A DNA stretch of 61,814 nucleotides, counting the filler, from Squatina squatina (lineage: Eukaryota): assembly GCA_031763465.1 (NCBI GenBank). It is 4 parts of 4 records of this genome, joined end to end, with 100 filler letters (N's around TTAATTAATTAA, not from the genome) between each part and the next. Parts side by side here need not be neighbours in the genome. Positions count along the whole stretch, not along the records: positions 32,836 to 47,917 come from JARFOE010000194.1; positions 48,018 to 61,814 come from JARFOE010000073.1; 2 more parts are not named here. The stretch is one strand, 5' to 3'. The position numbers and the translations under genes are program-made. Numbering within the stretch: the stretch's first letter is position 1; every line of letters starts with the position of its first letter. The notes under the pieces were generated by a model. The model was not told the origin of the DNA, did not search any database, and saw only the letters and a program-made list of their open reading frames with translations. Shown one piece after another: positions 37,265-48,915 of the stretch.

Positions 37265-38680
37265 TGCCTTTTTTTTTAGTTGTTGTTGAACCACCCAGCA
37301 TGGAGAATGTGACTGGCAGTGGTCAAATGATTTCACTGAGAGCTGGTCTGATGTGGTGGGAGGCGTGCGTGTGTCAGTTGTACAATGAGGAAAGATACCA
37401 GGGAGGCACCTTCCCTCACCTTGTTTTGACAAAGATAACAAGTGGTGATGGGAAACCTTTCTAATACTCTCTTACTGCTTACCTTGGAGAGGTGTATGGT
37501 ATTCACCTGTCACATCAATACAGCCATGTGTTTTCCTCCTGATTGTGAATTGCCTAATTTTTCTTTCTAAAGCTTTTTTTTCAACTTTTTAAAAAAAAAA
37601 ATTGATGAGTACTCCGACAAGCTGGCATGAATGAGGTTGTGTTATTGTAGTTTCAGAGCAAAGGTGTTGTCCTAAAATGGGAGGGTTTTATTTGCAAGCG
37701 TGGCACACACTCCCACAAGCACAACACTGTCCTTTGTTCTCTGATGCCTTTCGTCTGTAGCCAGTTAATATTTATCTGTCACTGGAAACAGATCAGTTTC
37801 CTATGTTAAACAGGTTAAGAATGTAGAAACAAGTTGCCAGAGTTGAATANNNNNNNNNNNNNNNNNNNNNNNNNNNNNNNNNNNNNNNNNNNNNNNNNNN
37901 NNNNNNNNNNNNNNNNNNNNNNNNNNNNNNNNNNNNNNNNNNNNNNNNNNNNNNNNNNNNNNNNNNNNNNNNNNNNNNNNNNNNNNNNNNNNNNNNNNNN
38001 NNNNNNNNNNNNNNNNNNNNNNNNNNNNNNNNNNNNNNNNNNNNNNNNNNNNNNNNNNNNNNNNNNNNNNNNNNNNNNNNNNNNNNNNNNNNNNNNNNNN
38101 NNNNNNNNNNNNNNNNNGATAAAACCGAGAGTTTCCATCTGTCTTCTTCTGCCTACTGTTCCAAGAATTGGTGCTTACCTAAAAGATTGTTGTTTTAGTA
38201 TCTACATGAACCTGATGGGTATCCTTTTTTAAAAAAAAAAAATCAGAGTTTAAATATTGCAATATAACTTTTAACAGCTATATAAACGGCTCTGGCAGCT
38301 GTTTCCTATCATTGTATTTGCTGCCAAGGTTAAGGCATTGTGAAAGACTGCTGGAGAGCCTCAAGTTTCCGAGAGTTGCACAAATGCAATATTTTCGGAA
38401 GGCAATGAGAAGAATGTGGTCTTTTTTGCAGCAATGTACTTGGGAGGCTTGCGAGCGATTCCGTCACTGGTCTTAATTGTAGAAGTCAACTTAATCATAG
38501 AATAGAAGCCGTTCGGCCTATTGTGTATTATAAAGTTTCTGTAAATTATATATGTATATTTTTTTTTAATAATTGTGCTTATTTGTAGGGGCGCAGCAAA
38601 TATTTTTGATATCTCTCAAAGCATATCTTTTGGTAATTCCGTTGGTTATTCAATGGAAAATTAAATGAATCAACTTGTGT
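37265..38680 (+). other. ETS2: Probable ETS2 3' UTR
   Basis: AU-rich sequence after the stop codon; candidate ATTAAA at about 38660. The 3' end is uncertain. Confidence 0.5.
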
Positions 38681-40709
38681 ATGACTGGATCATGGATTGC
38701 AAGCAGATTCCAGGAGCTAGATGCTCATTTAATGGAACTCGTCTTTCATTTTAATCAAGTTTTTTTTTTTGTTAATTCTAACGTAAGGTTCCTTTTTCAT
38801 GATTTAAGTTTGAATTTTATCCCCTGAAATACCTCAACCCAGTTACAGGTTTGTACATCTGTAGGCCTCTGATTGGATATGTAGAATTTAAACCAACCGA
38901 CCAAACCCCAAAACACAAAAACAATTAGCCCACTGGATCATTTTGTATCCAAAGAAAATGAAACTCTGCATGCCACTTTACTTTGGGACTGGGAACAAGG
39001 GGACTCGTTTTTATATATAAATTATAAGTCACCTCCGAGGGGCTGGTGTTGCAGCTGGTATCTGCACTAAATTTGAGAATTGTTTAACAATGAAACGAGC
39101 TGGGAAAATATTTTGCAAAAACTTGTTAATGCCACAAAATGTACAATTTTCTGTACAGTGATATGAATTTGTAATATTAAANNNNNNNNNNNNNNNNNNN
39201 NNNNNNNNNNNNNNNNNNNNNNNNNNNNNNNNNNNNNNNNNNNNNNNNNNNNNNNNNNNNNNNNNNNNNNNNNNNNNNNNNGGTTGTAACCGAGCACTTT
39301 ATTACCAACTCCCAGTATCCCACCTCCTTTTGTGTATTTGTTATCCTTTGGAATAAGGTGATAATTGAGAAGACATGCAGGATATAGTATCAGGAAGATA
39401 TTTGGTTGCGCAGGGAGCAAAAAAGTCAAGCGATCATCTCTGCCCAAACTGACAAAGCAATGGCAGTGCTCATGATTAGTGGGGGCAAAAGAAAAACAGG
39501 CATGTGACCTGTTACTGAAGCCAGGTGACATTTGGAGACACAATGCTTGACTGAACAAGGTTAGCAAAATAATGAGTAATACGGGGTGCCTCTTTATGTA
39601 GTCATCTAGCCTTTTTTTTGCCGTCTACTACAAAAAAAACACACAGGAAATTTTTAGAAACCAAATCTCCCAACTGGCTGCATTCCTACAATGTCTGGGG
39701 TTAATCTTTAACAAAATACTGCTGTATTACTGTCTAATGCTGTATCATCTCAAAACAATAAAATGGGAGTAAATATGAATGATACATTTGACATTCTGTG
39801 CCTGAACATGGAGATTATTCTGATATTACTGTAAGCAAAGGTGTATTAACACAGTGATCTTCCACCAACACAATCTTTTGCCACTCAACTGCTTCTGGCA
39901 ATACTCTTTAGATATCTGCCAAAAGAGTGCACAAGATCAACCAGGGATCGAATCCTCTCCCCGTCAATCTTTTATCCATTCATCAGCACCTCCCTGAACA
40001 CACAGTCCAGATCTGGGTCCCATCACGTGGGATTGAATTCATATCCTACCAGCTGGCTGCACTACATAAAGCATCACTTTGGTGATCAATGCCACAAATA
40101 TTTCTCGAGTTACTGCATATTCATGAATCAAGGCAGCTGCATTCCNNNNNNNNNNNNNNNNNNNNNNNNNNNNNNNNNNNNNNNNNNNNNNNNNNNNNNN
40201 NNNNNNNNNNNNNNNNNNNNNNNNNNNNNNNNNNNNNNNNNNNNNGAAATGTTCCTGCAGTCACCGAAGGGTTAATAGCTCTCGATTAAGTGTACAAATG
40301 CTAAGATCATCTGATCTGATGTTTTTGTGAGCTGAAACAATCTTCCACTCCCAAGAAGTAGAGGCTTCGGGCAGTGCGGCCCCTGCAGTAACAAAAGTCA
40401 GCCTCAAATTGCAGCTTCCAACATCTGCAAGTCATTATGCTGTAATTTACACACCCGAGGCAGAGAAATGAACGTCACTGGCTGCGTGAGTCATGGGGTG
40501 GGGCCTCAGAACAGAAATTACACAATGTGGCTCATTGTTTTGTGACACTTCACTATTTTATGATAAACAGCCACTGTGCACCTTACACAGCATTCCTAGA
40601 AAGGACATCATTTATTCGACTTACTGAGAGAAATTAAACTCACAAATTTTTCAGCCTCCTGCACAGTGTGATGAAGTTGATAATTTGAAGGTTTTATTTT
40701 CATAAAATT

Positions 40710-40920
40710 TATCCTCAGGATGTGGGGCGTCGCTGGCTCGGGCCGGCATTTATTGCTGGCATTTATTGCTCATAGTTGCCCTGAGGTGGTGGTGGTGGTG
40801 GCCGCCTTCTTGAACCACTGCCGTTTGTACGGTCTTCTGCGTAATGCCTTGACACAACTGAGTGACTCGCTAGGCCACTTCAGAGGGCAGGTAATAGTCA
40901 ACCACGTTGCTGTGGGACTG
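40710..40920 (-). mobile_element. SINE fragment with CR1-like 3' tail
   Basis: ggatgtggggcgtcgctggc...ggcatttattgc...gccgccttcttgaaccactgc and gctaggccacttcagagggcag...gtcaaccacgttgctgtggg resemble a recalled shark SINE/LINE tail. Contains an internal 13-bp duplication. Confidence 0.65.
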
Positions 40921-41053
40921 TTGTTGGCTCTGAAAAGATTCGATCAGAATTTCTGCCCCAGTTGTCATTATGCTGTAGTCTGTGCTCTCTATTCAGCAAT
41001 TAGTTCTATCTCCTTCATTTTGTACAAATTTGCGCCTAATTATCATTGACTTT

Positions 41054-41300
41054 ACAAAAAGAACTCGCGATGATACGGTGCCTTGTCATGTCCTCGAAGA
41101 TCCCAATATGTTTCACTTCCAATGAATTACTTGCGACGTGTATTCAGTATTGTTACATGAGCAAACAATAAATGAGATGAACGACCGGCTAATGTATTTC
41201 CTAGAGGTGTTGGTTGAGGGGGAAAATTTGGCCAGGACTCAGAGAACTTCCTGCTCTTCTTTGAGTAATGCCCAGGGATCTTTTACATCCATCAGTGGCG
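41054..41300 (-). mobile_element. Deu-domain SINE (SacSINE1-like), 3' half
   Basis: gtgttggttgagggg.aaa.ttggccaggac.c..agaact.cctgctcttctt...aatgcc.agggatcttttacatcca is the reverse complement of the recalled Deu domain. Confidence 0.7.
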
Positions 41301-41529
41301 NNNNNNNNNNNNNNNNNNNNNNNNNNNNNNNNNNNNNNNNNNNNNNNNNNNNNNNNNNNNNNNNNNNNNNNNNNNNNNNNNNNNNNNNNNNNNNNNNNNN
41401 AATGGTGATGCCTGAGGTCACATTTACAAACTCAGAACAACATTGTTCCACAACTTCTGCATAGATGTGCATAGATGGGAGAGAGCAAGGAGGCAGAGTA
41501 ATATTGAAGTCAATGGAGCATCACTCACT

Positions 41530-41702
41530 ATTATCACCATCATTATCATCAAGGGAAGAACCACTGAACCCGCGGCCACTGGCTCCCCAGTTGCCTGCCC
41601 TATGATCCTGGCCACCTTGCGTTCAAGATCCATCAATTGTGGCGGATCTCCATTGTCTGCATCTGGCCACCTTCTCTCAATCCTCAATGCGGCAAGTTTA
41701 GC
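41530..41702 (-). pseudogene. Harbinger Myb protein exon 2 (probably decayed at its 3' end)
   Basis: Acceptor ttttgtag|GCTAAA in frame with exon 1. AKLAALRIERR...PPQLMDLERKVARIIG resembles the L(T/S)..E....I.G segment of these proteins. Candidate donor gtgagt near 41529. Confidence 0.6.
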
Positions 41703-41906
41703 CTACAAAAACAAGGAGAAGTGAATGATGGGGAAACGTTCCCTTTCAAGTTGTCATGTCCTGGGATTGGCAAGAGGCTTCCCATCACCAGTGTTCATGA
41801 TTATGTAGCGTTCTTGTGTAAGCTGCTCTTCAACTCTGTGAAGACTATGGTATTGCTCAAAGGTGTAAGCTCGCAATGAGGCGGCGATTGTGACAAATAC
41901 ACTAAC

Positions 41907-42152
41907 CTTCACAACTCGCATGAGATCATTAAATTTCTTTCTGCATTGAATCGCAGTCCTTGGTGTTAGATCCGTGGAAGACACATCATTGGCAACCTCC
42001 CTCCAAGCTCTCTGTATCATCTTTGCAGTCCCCCTTCTTTCGGCGACAGGAAACAAGTTCACAACCCTCTTGCCCACTGCAGTTACGAGTGCCTCAAGGG
42101 CTTCTTCCGTGAACCACGGTGCCCTCACTCTTGCACCATCTCTCTGGACCAT
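41907..42152 (-). CDS. Harbinger Myb/SANT-like DNA-binding protein, exon 1 (NAIF1/MSANTD-like)
   Basis: MVQRDGARVRAPWFTEEALEALVTAVGKRVVNLF...QRAWREVANDVSS...RTAIQCRKKFNDLMRVVK; 82 intact codons; donor AAG|gttagt. Confidence 0.8.
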
Positions 42153-42510
42153 CTTGTCTCTCCTCTCCTCTCCTTTCTGCAAGCAACACTTTTTCCTCTC
42201 CACCTCCAGCAAGACTGACCTAAGCTATGGTTGTGTGTGGGAAAGGCCCCCCTTTAAGTATGAGTTTGCCTAAGAACTGATGGGAACGAGTTAGGCTTAA
42301 TGAGCAATTCGAGTGCTTAAAGCGACTAAGATAATCAGTGCTAAGTAGGGGCCTTTTAGCGCAGAAATTAGCACTTTTTTTAAAGCTCTCAGACATTTTT
42401 TTCTAAGTGTCAAATTGCAGGCCTTAAAGTGAGAGTTTAAAGACCTGAACTTTGCGCTCATGAATTCATTCCTTAGCGCCAGAAACTCAGGGCAATCTAA
42501 TTGGCCGCCT

Positions 42511-42650
42511 GGTACCTCTGAAAATGCTGCATTCCCTCAGTACTGTGCTGAGACATCAGCCTCGCTATGAGCTCCAAACCTGGAGTGGGGTTTGAACCCC
42601 TATCCTTCTGACTCACAGGCAGGAGGTCTACTCTGAGCCAAGCTGAGACC
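42511..42650 (-). mobile_element. Deu-domain SINE 5' tRNA-derived head (other half of 41054-41300)
   Basis: ttccctcagtactg...tcagcct...ctggagtggggtttgaaccc...ccttctgactca.aggc...ctgagccaagctga; B-box GGGTTCAAACCC on the minus strand. Confidence 0.75.
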
Positions 42651-43619
42651 ATCTCATTGTCAAAAAATTCAACCCTGGCCTCCTGCATGACGACAGGAAT
42701 ATTTTTTACTATACTAAGGAAAAGTGCATTGATAGAATTCACCCTAGAGTAACAGTCTTGTTTAAATTGAATTCTTTGGCTTTTTAACTGAAGTCCTGAT
42801 AGTGAGACATTCCTTGTAATCCATTAGGAAATAATATTAAGCTCCCAGCACATTCTTCCTCTTAGTTTTATCCTCCATTATCCCTGCAGGAACCCTTTTT
42901 TAAACTGGCAGCAGGCAAATACCTTATTTGCATGTCAAAATTAGTATGATTACTTGCAGATGTTAACTAATTCATTTGACAATTACACAGCCAATTATAG
43001 GTCAGTTCTGCCTCTGGGCGTGACCTCCACAGCTTCCAAGTTTTCAACTGCTCTTATTAACATGAAGTCAATAAAGTTGATTTCATTGTCACATGGTTTG
43101 AATCTAGGCGACAAAACGGGATAAATCATCTCCGAACAATTTTTAGGCTCCCGTTGTTTTTACCTGATGTTTTGCTGACTAATTCCACAGTGACCAATGT
43201 AGAAATACAGATTAATAATGATACTGGAATTTTCATACATTTACTGNNNNNNNNNNNNNNNNNNNNNNNNNNNNNNNNNNNNNNNNNNNNNNNNNNNNNN
43301 NNNNNNNNNNNNNNNNNNNNNNNNNNNNNNNNNNNNNNNNNNNNNNCATTTATTTAAATGATACCTGTCATTTTTTATAGCGCAGATCAATTCACTACAA
43401 TTACTATTCAGTTGGAAGGCAACAGCCGAGAATGGCCAGTAAAAAATGTATTTCCCTCACCATCCAGGGTAGCACTTACATCCCTTCAAGAATTTCTGAA
43501 TTAACATTTACCAGTAGCTTTTCAAGTGGAACAGAATCTCCATCATTCTGTTGGCTGATGTGATCAACATGTTTTTATTTTGGTTTGTTTTCCATGCTGT
43601 CAAGTAGTCAGCTGGAGCA

Positions 43620-43918
43620 ATGGCCACTGAACTCCCGCCTCAGGTTGAAAGACATGGTTCCCGAGCTGTGTGAATCCCGTGGCCCTGCAGGGAGAAGTAA
43701 GTGAGAAAAGGCTCTTAGGTGCCTGTAAAGTACCTCAACGATTTCACTTGGGTCCCCTGCGCTTCCAGCCGGGTCGGCTCCAGAATTACAGACCGACCTG
43801 TGGGAAAGGCATGTGGGAGCGAGATGACAGCAGGTTCCCAACCCGCTGTCAAAAATAACAAGTTCCCATCTGACCCGCCACCGATCGCGCCCACTAACAC
43901 CCTGGGAAATTCAGTCCT
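43620..43918. mobile_element. Harbinger-like MITE fragment
   Basis: GC-rich block ending gggaaattcagtcc followed by TAA. Confidence 0.5.
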
Positions 43919-44714
43919 AAGACTGTGTGGCATAAAACCTGAGTTACCTTAAAAGAATCAGAGATGTAAGACATTTCTGGCCATGGTCATACATGGATGT
44001 CATTCAAATGCTACCTGAATCTGGCCAATTGGGGACGCATGATTCTCACTTTAATGTTCACTCGCACCTTATGGCGAGGTGTCTGAGCCCACAGTGGTGT
44101 GGCAGGTATTGTGAACTCGGTAAATGGAGGATCACAAGGGGAAACTGATGTCCTCGGACTTCAGCAGCATACTTCTGTATGTAATGCAGTTAACATCAGT
44201 CTAAAACTGTATCGTGCTTCAGGTGTTTTTGGGTAGGTACAGTATTTGACAAAACATGGCCGACAAACGGAAAATATCCATTCATTCATTTGTCCACAAT
44301 ATTCTTTTTGTAATTCTCAAATTAACATTGTTTATTTGTTCTGTGTCTGGTTCTCATTCAGATTTCAGTCCTGTGTGTTACAATGACAATAATCTTATAG
44401 CTGGGAGCCACAGTAATTACATAGGTTACAACAGTGCTGAACTCTGCGCTATTAACTGCCAATGAGACCTGAAGGGTTCTGTTCCACAAGTCAGACTAAA
44501 TGAAAACCACATTCCCTCTGCCACCAGGCTTCTAGTGTCTGCCCGGTATGGGCCTGCTACTAATTAGTGGATAAAATCTGCTTCGGAATTAACCTTCTGT
44601 GCAATAAAAGGTATTGAATCTAGCCATGAAATGTGACAATGTTAGCACTATTTGATTATCACTGGAAAGAGAGTGACAGGCAAAATATCACTGAAGGAAG
44701 GAAATACATGAGCA

Positions 44715-45000
44715 ATGAAGGTTCACTAGATTGATTCCTGGGATGGGAGGGTTGTGCTACGAGGAGTGATTTAGTAGACTGGGCCTTTACTCTCTGGAGT
44801 TTAGAAGAATGAGAAGTAATCTCATTGAAACGTATAAGATTCTTAGAGAGCTTGGCAGGGTAGATACCGAGAGGATATTTCCCCTGGCTGGAGAGTCTAG
44901 AACTAGGGGACATAGTCTCAGGGTAAGGGGTTGGCCATTTAGGACTGAGATGAGGAGAAATTTCTTCACTCAGAGGGTTGTGAATCTTTGGAATTCTCTA
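44715..45000 (+). mobile_element. CR1-type LINE ORF2 C-terminal fragment
   Basis: MRSNLIETYKILRELGRVDTERIFPLAGESRTRGHSLRVRGWPFRTEMRRNFFTQRVVNLWNSL; same family as 24148-24576. Confidence 0.92.
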
Positions 45001-45156
45001 NNNNNNNNNNNNNNNNNNNNNNNNNNNNNNNNNNNNNNNNNNNNNNNNNNNNNNNNNNNNNNNNNNNNNNNNNNNNNNNNNNNNNNNNNNNNNNNNNNNN
45101 NNNNNNNNNNNNNNNNNNNNNNNNNNNNNNNNNNNNNNNNNNNNNNNNNNNNNNNA

Positions 45157-45958
45157 CAAGTGAAAGTTGTAAAAATGTAAAACCCGGCGGGTTAGAGGGC
45201 CGGCTGCCAACCTGTTGCCAGGAGGTGGGTTGACAATTTAAATATTGGGCCTGAATTTGCAAATGGAGGCTTCCTGCCTGCGGATGCCTCCGATCGCAAA
45301 TATCTGTATGAACTTACCTGAGGGTCTGGGAGCCACGTAACTTTGCTGTCTTCTGCCTCCATAGCTGGGCATGCACAGCTGGGCTTCTCTCTTTCATGTG
45401 TAAGTCCTTTGGAGAGACTGGAGAGGTCACATGGGAGGCCCCAACCAATCAGGTAGGAGTAACTCTCATTCAAGCTTTGACAGATCAGTTCCTTATTTGA
45501 CAGATCTGGAGAATTATGAATGACAGATGCAAGCACATCAAAAAACATTTTAAAAACAATTGTAACATTAAAATTTAATAAAGATGAAATAAATAATACT
45601 GTTTAAAAACATACTTACCTTAATGGGAATGGTTTTAAAGTAATATACCATTAATTATTTTTTGATTTTAACATTTTTAAAAACTCTTATGCTGGTAAAA
45701 CCAAGCATGTACACTTGGTTTTACCAGGCATAAAAATGTTAAAGAGATTTCCACGGGCAAGAGTTGACAAAATATCGCAACTCTCTGCCCTGGAAATCTC
45801 TTTTCTAGTAGAAGTGGATGATCTGTCAAGCCAAATCTTGACAGATCTGACGTTCCGGATCTCCGGGCATGCGCAGTGCAGCCCGAGATTCGGAACTTGC
45901 GAGGTCCCCGGGTGCCTGCGAACATCGTAAGCACCCGGGTGGATCGCAATTTCAGGCC
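45157..45958. mobile_element. Harbinger-like non-autonomous element(s)
   Basis: Ends gcaatttcaggcc|TAA; CpG-rich subterminal region with gcatgcgcagt; AT-rich core. Confidence 0.6.
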
Positions 45959-46984
45959 TAATGCTCCAGAAAGCTGACTCGAATACACTCAAGAAACTCA
46001 CTGCCTTTGGAACACGAGCTGTTTCACTTCTCCCAGTCTGTGTGAAAATTGAAGTCTCCCATTATAACTGGTGTACGCTGTTTTTTCAACAAGCTTCTCT
46101 GATCTCCGTGTTTATGTATTCTGCTACTTTATCACTGCTATCAGGTGGCAGAAGACAACCCCCACTAAAGTCTTGCATATTTTTTCTATTCCTCCCAACC
46201 TGTCAGATGTCCTGGAGTTTCCTGAGCTGAGAGAATGAACTGGCAACGTAATACCTCATCACCTATGGCCTGTATATAAAAACTGTATTGATTTTTTTCT
46301 TCAGTATGTTTGGTAGTTATTCCTTGCAAAACACTGTAGGCAGTTGGGGCTGACAGGGTTAAAATTAAAGTCTGTCTGACCGCCTTGCAAGCACAAGATG
46401 GGAATCTGATCTGGATCCCATTTTGTTGGCACTGATTTTTTTTTCTCACTGTTCACCAAACTAATAGCGCCAAAGGCAAAAGGAAACATTTATACCAGTC
46501 AGTGTATAAAACCTCAGGGGTTAGGGGTCAGCGACTGCAGGAAATGTGGCCAAAAGTATTGTATGCAGTTGAGGGGAGAGGGGCAGAGGCTTCTATTTCA
46601 GGCCACAGGATGTGAGATGTTAACAAGTGAGGATGGAACAATGTAAATCTTTGGTGAAACTAAACCTTGGTTCACCTTTGACCGGGACATAAATATTGCA
46701 GCTATCAGTTTTAATAAATAACACAGTTTAGTTATTGTTTAAAGGACCACCCATCGCCAAAGTATAAATACCCTTGATTCCACTTAAATTAATGCTTTGG
46801 AAGCATTCACTCCATTTAACTAACTAACTTTTGCTGGAAATTAAGCCAGTACTCTTGTGGTTAGATTATGTATTGTACCCCCTTTACAGCCCAGACTACA
46901 CATGGTCACCAGCTGTACAACATGTTGTATAATCTCCGTTAGAGAAATATAAGAAGTAAGAATAGTATAAATCTTTTTTACCAT

Positions 46985-47400
46985 TGCAAGCTCAGTGGTT
47001 TATTTAACTCCCTCCCCTGCCCCCATCCACCCACCCCTGTGTGCTACCGAGCAACGCAGGTCAGAAAGGTCCCCAATCCATGCTGAGGTTCGATGCCTGG
47101 TCTGCCCTGAGTTAGCTGATATCAGCTATAGCACGGCAGCAACAACAGGCAGGCTACAATGGACCTCGGCATCCCGGGGGCAAATTGCTAATTGCTATCG
47201 AGTGACTGTAGCTGGCAAAGGTGCACGTGTTGACATTGAGTGAGAGAGATGATTAGGTCATGATGACTCACCTGGTCCAATAGCCTGCTGCCACTCCTCA
47301 TTGTTCAGGCTCACATCAGTAATAGCCACTTTGAGCAAACTGTTGGAGGGTGCTTATCATCTCTGGCACATAACCCCAACAGCAGATGAAGGGAGAAAAT
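46985..47400 (+). mobile_element. tRNA-derived SINE
   Basis: A-box-like agctcagtgg and B-box-like aggttcgatgcc. The body aatagcctgctgccact...cattgttcaggctcaca recurs inverted at about 54500-54560 and, more diverged, at about 7820-7940. Confidence 0.65.
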
Positions 47401-47917
47401 TGGAGCAAGGGTCCATATTGTGAAGATTACAGGATAAATTCCAAACTGCTGTGTTTCAAAGCAATTTGCGCTGTGCTCTCTTTTATTATGTTCTATCTTG
47501 CCCAGTGTCATTCCACACGAGTTCCTGGCCCCCTATATGCACATTGTGACCGACCCCACTAGCCAGAAAAGATGCCCCAATTTTTTTAGAAATTAATTTT
47601 TGAGATTTAAAAAATTTGCTCTGTACCTCCGGGTAATAAGAAACCATTGAGGTTTCTACTTCCACCCACCCAGAGATGGTAATTGATTCCAAGACGACCA
47701 GCACATTTAAAAAAACAATTGGATCCATATCTGTTGAGAGGGGGGAATGGAGTGCTGTCGAGATAGAATCATAGAATGGTTCCAGCACAGAAAGAGGCCA
47801 TTCGGCCTGTCGAGCCCGTACCAGAATTTAACAACAATGTTATCTTTTTTGAGACTGTAGGAAAGGAAGTTGGTGTTCAGCAGAAGATATGCAAGGAAAA
47901 TCCATGATAGAATAAAT

Positions 47918-48017
47918 NNNNNNNNNNNNNNNNNNNNNNNNNNNNNNNNNNNNNNNNNNNNTTAATTAATTAANNNNNNNNNNNNNNNNNNNNNNNNNNN
48001 NNNNNNNNNNNNNNNNN
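47918..48017. other. Artificial scaffold linker
   Basis: TTAATTAATTAA at 47962-47973 within 100 nt of N padding. Confidence 0.97.
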
Positions 48018-48338
48018 AGTAACCAAGTGCTCGTGGGTGTACTTAGATGTTCCATTTTGATTTGTTTATCTGGAAACTATTGATCACCTGACTATATTTT
48101 GACTTTGTATAACCAAAAATAGTATTCGAGTTTATAGACTTCACTCTAAAATTGTACTGTTTTACTTCTGTTTATTTCAATGAGAATAGAACTAATTTAT
48201 AGAAATTGGCTAGGATTTCAAAAATCTGTTAGTACTGTATCTTTAATTACTGTTTGATCACTGCAACAGTATTGGTTACAGTTCAAATGGTAGAGTAGCT
48301 CAGTGTACAGTGTCATCAGTCTAATTTTTCTCTTCCAG

Positions 48339-48464
48339 CTATTCAAAACTGTGATCCAACCTNNNNNNNNNNGTACCAAGCCCTAACATGTAATCTTACT
48401 GATGAGCATAGGAAGAAGTTGCAAGAAATTGGAACTCTTGCAGATCAGAGACGAGCTGCTCTAG
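48339..48464 (+). CDS. IPO7: Importin-7 penultimate coding exon (interrupted by a 10-N gap)
   Basis: ttccag|CT-IQNCDPT(W)[31 protein letters not shown]|gtattt, against recalled human [38 protein letters not shown]. Absent from the ORF track. Confidence 0.9.
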
Positions 48465-48817
48465 GTATTTATGTAATCTGATCTTATTAAGGGGTTCCTC
48501 AAACGTTTGAATATTACCTATTGTTACAATTGAAAATGTCTTGAAATTTTGGTCCTTGTCATTCCATGTTGACCTTTCAATTGGAAATATGTTTGATTTG
48601 ATGAACAATATAAAACAGTAGTGATTATTGAACTTTCAGTACTTCTAATTCTTGGAAACCTGTGTGTTGGAATTAAAAAAATGTGTGTGTGTGTGTGTGT
48701 ATATATAGTAAAATAGCTGATACTTGTTCCTCCTTCCAGTATAATCAGATCTTAAAACTTGGGCCTGTTGATTTCTACGGAAATCTTATTTGATTTTTTT
48801 TCTTCCTCTTATTGCAG

Positions 48818-48915
48818 AGTCCAAAATGATTGAAAAACATGGTGGATACAAGTTCAATGCTCCAGTAGTGCCAACTTCATTTAATTTTGGTGGTTCTGCC
48901 CCAGGAATGAATTGA
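48818..48915 (+). CDS. IPO7: Importin-7 last coding exon
   Basis: ttgcag|(E)[31 protein letters not shown], matching the IPO7 C-terminus. Confidence 0.95.

Larger units (their letters stand above)
41401..42510 (-). mobile_element. PIF/Harbinger DNA transposon remnant carrying the Myb/SANT gene
   Basis: Terminus (minus strand) aggcggccaatt..., subterminal GCGCT/GCACT-rich repeats at 42290-42490, and the Myb gene inside. The other end is lost in the gap at 41301-41400. Confidence 0.8.

Noticed and set aside
48465-48817. Intronic snoRNA in the last IPO7 intron
   Set aside because: No properly paired C/D boxes or H/ACA double hairpin could be seen.
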